In this document: piece by piece, positions 1 through 6,667 of the stretch | Layout: each line of letters starts with the position of its first letter | Position numbering within the stretch: position 1 is the stretch's first letter | Assembly (NCBI RefSeq): GCF_001548275.1 | Contig: NZ_AP014945.1 | Location: forward strand, 300,001-332,000 | DNA from: Caldimicrobium thiodismutans | GTDB lineage: Bacteria; Desulfobacterota; Thermodesulfobacteria; Thermodesulfobacteriales; Thermodesulfobacteriaceae | Direction: 5' to 3' | Length of the DNA stretch: 32,000 bases | Program-made: the position numbers and the translations under genes | Notes under the pieces: generated by a model | Told to the model about the DNA's origin: nothing | Databases searched by the model: none | What the model saw: the letters and a program-made list of their open reading frames with translations, nothing else

Positions 1-351
1 AAAGAGGTTTATTTGCCTTGTACCCATCTTGATACAAAGACTCTCAGTTTCCACAAATTTTTTGATTTTTCAGAACTTGTTAAAGGAGCCTTTGGTATAT
101 TAGAACCTCCCAAAGAAAATCCAGTTCTTTTGCCAGAGGCTCTGGATTTAATCCTTGTCCCAGGGCTTGCCTTTGATAGAAAAATGGGAAGGCTTGGCTA
201 TGGAGGAGGCTTTTACGATCGGTTTCTTGCTAAGACCAAAGCCCTAAAAATAGGGGTTGCCTTTTCCTTCCAGATAGTAGATCAATTACCACAAGACCCC
301 TTGGATCAGAAGGTTGACCTAATTTTAACTGAAGAGGGTTTTTTCCGTTAA
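1..351 (+). CDS. 5-formyltetrahydrofolate cyclo-ligase (MTHFS), C-terminal part; 5' end lies outside the window
   Basis: The frame is open from nt 1 and stops with TAA at 349-351. Motifs LILVPGLAFDRKMGRLGYGGGFYDRFL are typical of the MTHFS family. The TTG at 13 in the ORF track is probably not the real start. Confidence 0.8.
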   Translation, partial: KEVYLPCTHLDTKTLSFHKFFDFSELVKGAFGILEPPKENPVLLPEALDLILVPGLAFDRKMGRLGYGGGFYDRFLAKTKALKIGVAFSFQIVDQLPQDPLDQKVDLILTEEGFFR

Positions 352-474
352 GTTTCATGGCAGACAGACCTACCTGTGCAGACAGGAAAGATATGAAAGT
401 ATACAATTCTCTGTAATGCCTCATTTAATTTTCTAAAGGAAATTATTTTACCTCCCCCTCCTTTTTATGGTCAA

Positions 475-770
475 TTTTTTCACCGAAAATAATTCCCTTT
501 TTTCTCTAAATATGCTTTCTCAAGCATTTTATGATATCTCCTTATCTTTCTATAAATCTTTCTATAAAGCTCCTCACCCACTCTTTCCTTGAAATAAGCT
601 TTGCGAAAGAACTAAGCTTGTAAATTTAAGAAGGGCGAAATAGATAGTTTTTTCGTGAAGGTTAAATAGAGGAGCTGTGGTTTTTTATATGAGGCAACGA
701 TAAAATTTCAAATAGATTTTTAATGAGGCAATTCGTTCTCTTGAAATACTTCTAAATTCTGGCAAAATAC
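475..770 (+). repeat. Copy A of a dispersed non-coding repeat of about 260-300 bp (core 475-737), immediately 5' of the rpn-like gene
   Basis: Aligned by eye to 28737-29030 in the same orientation. Shared blocks include gatatctccttatctttct, cactctttcctt(t)gaaataagctttgcgaaagaactaagct, tagatagtttttt and ttttttatatgaggcaacgataaaattt. Positions 689-737 match 28950-28998 at 47 of 49 nt. Copy A has a 12-nt tandem duplication, tctttctataaa at 545-556 and 557-568, that copy B lacks. Confidence 0.85.
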
Positions 771-774
771 CTCT

Positions 775-1797
775 ATGTCAAAGAAGAAACCTCCTGTTCC
801 CTATGACCTTTTTGCCAAGGCCTTCCTCAAAGACCCAGAAAACTTAAAAGGCTTCCTCTCAACCTTCCTCCCTGAGCATATTAAAACTCATCTTGACCTT
901 GACTCCCTTAGAATCATTCCGGAAGAACAAGTTTCTCTCTCAAGAAAAAAGCGAGAAATCCCGGACCTTGTTGCTGAGGTTAATCTTCTTAGTGAAGGAA
1001 AACCTTCAACTAAAGCCCATCTCTACATCCTTATTGAGCACAAAAGTGCACCTGATAAAAGAATTTACCTTCAGATTTTAAATTACATAACCGCATTAAA
1101 TGAGAGGTCTTTCAAGGAGGGGAAGGGGTATGTGCCTGTTTTACCCCTTGTATTCTATGAAGGGAATAAGCCCTGGGGGTATCCTGAAAGGATAGAGGAG
1201 ATATTTTCAGTGCCAGAGGGGTTAAAGGGAGAACTTTTTAAGGTTCATGTGGTAGATTTAAAGAGGGTAGAGGATGAGAAGATATTGAGGATATTTGATA
1301 TTTTAGCAGGGCTTGGGTGTTATCTTTATTTAATAAAGGCGGAAGCAGGTAATTTTGAAGAGATAATTGAAGTTATTACAAGGGCGATAGAGAGATTAGT
1401 AGCGATAGGGGAGAAGGGGAGGTGGGAGATAGGGTTTTTGATAGAGATAGCAGTAATAAAGAGTGGGGTTGACGAGGAGGTAATCTGGTTTAATATATTA
1501 GATAGGTGTGGAGAAGAGGGGGTAAAGATGGAGTTAAAGAGCTTTTGGGATAGAGTGGGAGAGAAGTTTTATAAGCAGGGAATTGAGCAGGGGATTCAGC
1601 AGGGGAAATATCAGGGGTTAATTGAGGATGCAAGGGAGCTTGTGCTTGAGGCCATAGAGGTGAAGCTCGGGTATGTGCCTGAGGAAGTGAGGGAGAGGGT
1701 GGTAAGAGAAGAGGATAGAGGAGTTCTTAAGGAGTGGCTTAGGAAAATAATTCTTGCTAAGAGCTCTGAAGATATTATTAAACTTTTTACAAGTTGA
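775..1797 (+). CDS. Rpn/YhgA-like PD-(D/E)XK recombination-promoting nuclease / putative transposase, with a DUF4351-like C-terminal helical domain
   Basis: N-terminal PYDLFAKAFLKDPEN, then the nuclease core IPDLVAEV...AHLYILIEHKS (D...ExK). The C-terminus QGIEQGIQQGKYQGLIEDARELVLEAIEVKLGYVPEEVRERV resembles the tail shared by Rpn and DUF4351 proteins. No SD precedes the ATG at 775. Confidence 0.8.
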   Translation: MSKKKPPVPYDLFAKAFLKDPENLKGFLSTFLPEHIKTHLDLDSLRIIPEEQVSLSRKKREIPDLVAEVNLLSEGKPSTKAHLYILIEHKSAPDKRIYLQILNYITALNERSFKEGKGYVPVLPLVFYEGNKPWGYPERIEEIFSVPEGLKGELFKVHVVDLKRVEDEKILRIFDILAGLGCYLYLIKAEAGNFEEIIEVITRAIERLVAIGEKGRWEIGFLIEIAVIKSGVDEEVIWFNILDRCGEEGVKMELKSFWDRVGEKFYKQGIEQGIQQGKYQGLIEDARELVLEAIEVKLGYVPEEVRERVVREEDRGVLKEWLRKIILAKSSEDIIKLFTS

Positions 1798-1891
1798 AAA
1801 AGTCTCATCGAGTTTCAAAAGATATTGATATATAAAAGGCCTAACAGAGAAGAGGTAGAAAGGGATAGAGAAAAAGGGTCAAGAATAAGGT

Positions 1892-2599
1892 GTGGATATT
1901 TCAAAGGAATACTATACCACGCTAAAAAATAATCTTGAGAAGGTTTTTGAAAGGGTAGAAAATGCAGTTTTGCGCAGTAAAAGAAGGCTTGAAGAAGTTA
2001 AGATTCTTGGTGCAAGTAAAAAACAATCTCCCGAAAAAATACAAGTTCTCTACGATCTTGGAATTAGGCTTTTTGGGGAGAACTATGTTCAAGAGGCAGA
2101 GAAAAAGATTTCTGCCTTAGAGGGCCTTTCCATAGAATGGCACCTTATTGGAAGGCTTCAGACTAATAAGGTTAAAAAGGCTTTGAAACTCTTTAATGTT
2201 CTTGAGACCATAGATAGAATAGAACTTGCTGTGGAGATTGAAAAAAGACTGAAGGATTCTGAGAAGAAAATCCCTGTCTTTATTGAGGTAAATATTGGAG
2301 AGGAGGAAACCAAGGCAGGAGTTGGACCCAAGGATTTGTTCAAGTTTTGTGAAGAGCTTTCACAGTTCTCTCATCTTGAGGTGAGGGGGCTTATGTGTCT
2401 TCCTCCTTATGAAGAAAATCCAGAAAAGGTGCGTCCCTTTTTTGCCAGAATGAGAAGCCTCTTTGAGAAGGTTAAGCCCCTTTTTGGGCCTAATTTTAAA
2501 GAGCTTTCTATGGGGACAAGTCATGATTTTGAGGTAGCCCTTGAAGAGGGAGCAACTCTTATCCGACTTGGGACAATTCTTTTTGGCCAAAGGGTGTGA
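1892..2599 (+). CDS. yggS: YggS-family pyridoxal-phosphate homeostasis protein
   Basis: LGASKKQ...FGENYVQE...WHLIGRLQTNKVK...LSMGTSHDFEVALEEGATLIRLGTILFG are classic YggS/alanine-racemase-N-fold motifs. The start is GTG with a poorly spaced SD, so it is uncertain. Confidence 0.85.
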   Translation: MDISKEYYTTLKNNLEKVFERVENAVLRSKRRLEEVKILGASKKQSPEKIQVLYDLGIRLFGENYVQEAEKKISALEGLSIEWHLIGRLQTNKVKKALKLFNVLETIDRIELAVEIEKRLKDSEKKIPVFIEVNIGEEETKAGVGPKDLFKFCEELSQFSHLEVRGLMCLPPYEENPEKVRPFFARMRSLFEKVKPLFGPNFKELSMGTSHDFEVALEEGATLIRLGTILFGQRV

Positions 2600-4698
2600 A
2601 AAATACCCTGCTTTTTTCCCTTTCAACAGCCCTTCTTTTAGGTTTTTTTACAGCCTTTTATAAATTTCCATTCTTACCAGGTCTAATCTTTATCCTTCCC
2701 TTTCTTTTTATTTTGCCCAGAAAGAGATGGCTTTTTTGGATTTCTCTCTATTTGATATTTTATTTGATTGGAGGCTATTATTTCAATGCCAAGAAAGAAA
2801 GATTAAGCCTTGCCTCAAAAGAAGTTTTTATCAAGGTTCTGAAAATTGAGCCCTATTATGATCAATACAAGGTCTTAGCTGAAAGTGAAGGGAGTTTTAT
2901 TGAATTTACTACTAAATATTCAGGATTTAGACCCGGGGATTTCTGCAAGATTACTCTCAAAGAAAAAAAGGGATTAAAAATTTTAAATCCCTATACCCCA
3001 TCTCTTGAAGAAAGGCTCATCCCTAAGGGGTTGGAAGGAGAATATAAGCTTGATGAGAGGAAAAGATTCTACTGCACCTTATCTGAGGCTGGATTCATTG
3101 AGGCCTTGCGTTATAAACTTTTTCAGTTTTCAGAAAACCTCTCCCCTCTTTCCCGGGGGCTTTTTCTGGCCCTTGTTCTTGGAGTAGATACCCAATTACC
3201 AAAAGAATATCTTGAGACCCTTAAAAATCAAGGACTCTATCATCAACTTGCTATTTCAGGCTTTAACCTTGCCGTTCTCTATGGTTTTCTTTATAAGTTC
3301 TGGAGATGGTTCTTGCCCCACACGGTACTTATAAGGATGGGTTTCCCTATTCAACTCTGGAGCTATCTTTTCTCCCTTCCCGGAGCAGGGCTCATACTCA
3401 TTTTTTCAGGCTTTCAACCTCCTGCCTTAAGGGCCTTTGTTTTCCTCACATTTCTAATTTTAAGCAAACTCCTTTTCAGAAATACTGAAAGTTTATTTAT
3501 ATTATTTCTAACGGCAACGCTTCTCGTGATTTTTGATCCTGCCCTTATTGGCAGTCTTTCCTTTCAGCTCTCCTTTTTGGCTACCCTGTCCTTAATCATT
3601 GGAGATATACTTTTGAAAAACCTTTTATTTGATTCAGATGAGCCCTCTTTTTTAAAAAAGATCCTCCTCAAAACTCTTTATGGCCTTGGACTGTCTCTTA
3701 TAGTAAGCCTTTTTACTTTGCCCTTTTTGATTTACATAAACGGGGAGTTTTCTCTGGCTACTCCGCTGAATAACCTTTTAGCTACACCTTTCTGGAGTTT
3801 CATTTTTATTCCCCTTTCCATTCTCTCGGCCATGCTTGCCCTCGTCTCTCAAACTTTGGCAACTTTTATTATGGAAAGGGTAGGGGATATCTTTTCTCTT
3901 TACATCCAATTTCCTCTCTTTAACTGGATTTTTAGAAGTTCTCTTCCTGTTAATCTTTTTTTACTTTGGCTTTTTTTCCTTTTCCTTTTGGGGGCAGTTA
4001 TGCTTTATTTTTTTGTAAAAAGATGGATCAAAATTTTTTGTATAGCCCTCCTTAGCCTGCTAACCTATTTTAGCCTTTCTAATCTTTATAAAAGGACCTC
4101 CTTTGTATTTATCCCTAAGGAACTCACTCAGCAGGCTTTATTGATTAAGGACCAAGGAGACTTTTATTTAATAGTAAAAGAGACCCCGGAATCTAAGATT
4201 GAAAGATCCTATATCCTAATACCTATTTTGAAGAAACTTGGAGTAAATAATTTGAAAACCCTTCTTTTTCTATCTGAAGAGGGGGCTCTTAAAGACTATC
4301 AAAAGGCTTTTGATATTGAAAAAACATATACTTTATCTGATTATGAACTTTTTGAAGATCTGAGGCTCTTTAAAGCTGGAACTGAATTTATTCCCCTCCA
4401 GAGAGGACAATATCTTTTTGAATTTAAGGGCTTAACCATTTTTTGGGATGAGGTAGGTAAGGATTTATCTTTACCCGGGGTAGAGGTTTATTATAAACTC
4501 AGGGGAAAGTCCAAAGAGAGAGAAGGTTTGTTCCTTTTTGAGAAAGGAAGGTTTTCAGCAACTTTTCTTTTTCCTGAGGATTCTTATCTTATTATTTGGG
4601 ATGAGAAAGATAAAAAAATCTCCTTTTGGAATAAGCTCTTTTTCCCTCTTTGGGTTGAGCCTTCTAAAGGAATTGCTTACAGAGGATTGATGGAGTAA
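2596..4698 (+). CDS. comEC: ComEC/Rec2-family DNA internalisation channel protein with a degenerate, His-less C-terminal MBL-like region
   Basis: Polytopic membrane protein. Competence-domain motif LFLALVLGVDTQLP...GLYHQLAISGFNLAVL. The GTG start overlaps the yggS stop (GTGA). Confidence 0.8.
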   Translation: MKNTLLFSLSTALLLGFFTAFYKFPFLPGLIFILPFLFILPRKRWLFWISLYLIFYLIGGYYFNAKKERLSLASKEVFIKVLKIEPYYDQYKVLAESEGSFIEFTTKYSGFRPGDFCKITLKEKKGLKILNPYTPSLEERLIPKGLEGEYKLDERKRFYCTLSEAGFIEALRYKLFQFSENLSPLSRGLFLALVLGVDTQLPKEYLETLKNQGLYHQLAISGFNLAVLYGFLYKFWRWFLPHTVLIRMGFPIQLWSYLFSLPGAGLILIFSGFQPPALRAFVFLTFLILSKLLFRNTESLFILFLTATLLVIFDPALIGSLSFQLSFLATLSLIIGDILLKNLLFDSDEPSFLKKILLKTLYGLGLSLIVSLFTLPFLIYINGEFSLATPLNNLLATPFWSFIFIPLSILSAMLALVSQTLATFIMERVGDIFSLYIQFPLFNWIFRSSLPVNLFLLWLFFLFLLGAVMLYFFVKRWIKIFCIALLSLLTYFSLSNLYKRTSFVFIPKELTQQALLIKDQGDFYLIVKETPESKIERSYILIPILKKLGVNNLKTLLFLSEEGALKDYQKAFDIEKTYTLSDYELFEDLRLFKAGTEFIPLQRGQYLFEFKGLTIFWDEVGKDLSLPGVEVYYKLRGKSKEREGLFLFEKGRFSATFLFPEDSYLIIWDEKDKKISFWNKLFFPLWVEPSKGIAYRGLME

Positions 4699-4707
4699 AA
4701 TTAAAAA

Positions 4708-5145
4708 ATGAGGCAGGATTATGAGACTTTTGAGCACGGGGCTGATGTTGGTATAAGGGGTTATGGAAATACCCCTCAATTAGCGCTCTCTAATCTTCTT
4801 AAGGCTCTTGCTACCCTTATGGTTGAAAATCCTGAGTTTCTAAAAAAGAAGCCAACATTGAGTTTCCCTTTAGAAGTGGAAGCGGAATTTCCTGATGAGC
4901 TCCTTGTAGCTTTTGTGAATAGGGTTTTGAGTCTTTCTTCCCTTGAGGGTGTGCTTTTTTATGCATTTAAAGGTAAGGTCTGTCTTCAAGCACCAGAGTG
5001 TTATATAGAAGGAGAGATCCTGGGAATTCCCCTTGAAACAGACCTTTATGGATACGGGGTTGAGGTCAAGGGAGCAACTTTTACCTTGGCAAGCTTTTCA
5101 AAGGTTGATAATCACTATATCGCTCAATGTGTAGTTGATGTCTAA
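4708..5145 (+). CDS. Archease
   Basis: N-terminal YETFEHGADVGIRGYGNT and C-terminal VEVKGATF...AQCVVDV match the archease family signature. Length is 145 aa. Confidence 0.85.
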   Translation: MRQDYETFEHGADVGIRGYGNTPQLALSNLLKALATLMVENPEFLKKKPTLSFPLEVEAEFPDELLVAFVNRVLSLSSLEGVLFYAFKGKVCLQAPECYIEGEILGIPLETDLYGYGVEVKGATFTLASFSKVDNHYIAQCVVDV

Positions 5146-6665
5146 TGGAAGCCTTAAAGATTTATCCCTTTAAACCTTCAAAGGCTGTTACAGGGGGCAG
5201 TAATTTTGATACAGAGAGAATTTTTTCAGTTCTTCCTGAGGAAGTAAAAGACAAGGGGCTTAAGATAGAACTTCCTTTGTTGCAAAAACTTCCTTATATC
5301 CTCAGAGAAGGAGATGAATTTTATGCCCTTTTAATTCGAGAAGAAAAAAACTTTTTCCTTGCAGATATTTTTAAAGAAAGACCTGATAAGGTCCTTGGAT
5401 TAGCCATAGATATTGGAAGCACAACCATAGCCTTTTATATATATGACTTTCTTAAAGGAGAACTTTTAAAGGAATATTCTATTTACAATCCCCAGATTGA
5501 GTTTGGTGAAGACATTCTGACAAGGCTTCATTTTGCTAAAAAACCTGAAAATCTGTTAAAACTTCAGGAAAGAACCCTTTCAGCTATAAATCAGGAGATA
5601 GAAAAAGTTGGATTTGAGAATGTCTATTATATAAGTCTTTGTGGAAATACAGCTATGACTCATTTTATTCTTGGACTTCCAGTGAATTATCTCATAGTTG
5701 AACCCTATGTAGCTGTAGCCAGATGGTTTCCCCTTTTTAAGGGAGAAGAAGTGGGTTTAAAGATAAATCCCCGGGGTAGAATTTTTGTTTTTCCCTTAGC
5801 AGGGACATATTTTGGAGGAGATTTAATAGCAGGGTTATATGAGGCAGAGATTTATAAAAAAGGAGAGATCTCTTTTTATGTAGATGTAGGCACCAATGCT
5901 GAGGTTGTTCTTGGAAATAAGGACTTTCTTCTTGCTTGTGCTGGAGCAGCTGGCCCTGCTCTTGAGGGAGGCATCTTTGAGTGTGGGCTTAAGGCTCAAC
6001 CAGGGGCGGTTGAATCTTTTTGGATTGATGAAAAGACCCTTAGTCTTTCCTATAAAACTATTGGAGATGAAAGACCCCTTGGTTTTTGCGGTTCAGCAGT
6101 AATTCAACTTATAGCTGATCTTTTCTTGCATGGCTGGATAACTCCGGAAGGAAAATTCAATCTCAAAAAAATTGGACCTCTTATTGAAGAGATTAATGGA
6201 GAGAGGGTTCTTGAGCTTATTTCAGCTGAAAAAACCAAGCAGGGTTACCCGATTTATATAAAAGAGGGTGAAATTAAAAGTTTTCTTCGCTCAAAGGGGG
6301 CTATGTTTACAATTTTGACACTCCTTTGTGAAAAGGTTGGCCTCACCTTTGAAGATGTTGAAAAATTTTATGTAGCTGGATCTTTTGGCAATCATATTGA
6401 TGTTAGATCAGCGGTTATTCTGGGAATGCTACCTGAGGAGGCCCTCTTTAAAACCATAGGCCTTGGCAATTCTGCTGGAAAGGGGGCCTTAAAATTTTTA
6501 AAAAGGGCTGAATATGAAGAGATAAAAGAAATTACAGAAAGAATTACCTATCTTGAGCTAAATGTTGAGGGAAGATTTATGGAACTTTTGACCGGGGCCC
6601 TTATCATACCTCATGTGAATCTTGAACTCTTTCCCTGGGTTAAAAAACTTCTTGAGGAGAAATAG
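5145..6665 (+). CDS. ASKHA-fold ATPase-like protein (DUF4445, related to the ATPase module of RACo/RamA-type corrinoid activases) lacking any Fe-S domain
   Basis: GLAIDIGSTTIAF, CGNTAMTHFILGLP, YVDVGTNAEVVLG, ACAGAAGPALEGG and GFCGSAVIQLIADL are phosphate and adenosine motifs of ASKHA/DUF4445 proteins. There are no Cys clusters. The ATG overlaps the archease stop (TAATG). Confidence 0.75.
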   Translation: MEALKIYPFKPSKAVTGGSNFDTERIFSVLPEEVKDKGLKIELPLLQKLPYILREGDEFYALLIREEKNFFLADIFKERPDKVLGLAIDIGSTTIAFYIYDFLKGELLKEYSIYNPQIEFGEDILTRLHFAKKPENLLKLQERTLSAINQEIEKVGFENVYYISLCGNTAMTHFILGLPVNYLIVEPYVAVARWFPLFKGEEVGLKINPRGRIFVFPLAGTYFGGDLIAGLYEAEIYKKGEISFYVDVGTNAEVVLGNKDFLLACAGAAGPALEGGIFECGLKAQPGAVESFWIDEKTLSLSYKTIGDERPLGFCGSAVIQLIADLFLHGWITPEGKFNLKKIGPLIEEINGERVLELISAEKTKQGYPIYIKEGEIKSFLRSKGAMFTILTLLCEKVGLTFEDVEKFYVAGSFGNHIDVRSAVILGMLPEEALFKTIGLGNSAGKGALKFLKRAEYEEIKEITERITYLELNVEGRFMELLTGALIIPHVNLELFPWVKKLLEEK

Positions 6666-6667
6666 AG

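Noticed and set aside
230-424. 64-aa minus-strand ORF overlapping the 3' end of the MTHFS gene.
   Set aside because: It is antisense to a well-supported gene, has low-complexity content and no family resemblance. The purine-rich AAGGAGGGGGAGG upstream is about 28 nt from its ATG, too far to serve as an SD.
352-474. Small hairpin CCTGT-GCAG-ACAGG and the CAGACAG direct repeat after the MTHFS stop, as a possible terminator or ncRNA.
   Set aside because: The stem is only 5 bp, no U-tract follows on either strand, and copy B has no counterpart.
512-592. Plus-strand 26-27-codon ORF conserved in both repeat copies (MLSQAFYDISLSF... and MFSQAFTDISLSF...) with in-frame indels.
   Set aside because: It has no SD in either copy, every substitution is non-synonymous, and the termini differ. 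It is more likely a by-product of a pyrimidine-rich non-coding sequence. I kept it only as a note under the small-ORF finding.
475-770. The repeat as a MITE or IS remnant with terminal inverted repeats.
   Set aside because: I compared the left end (about 475-500) with the reverse complement of the right end (about 735-770) and found no inverted repeat or obvious target-site duplication. The only inverted motif is a 9-nt near-copy at about 414-424, outside the repeat and absent near copy B.
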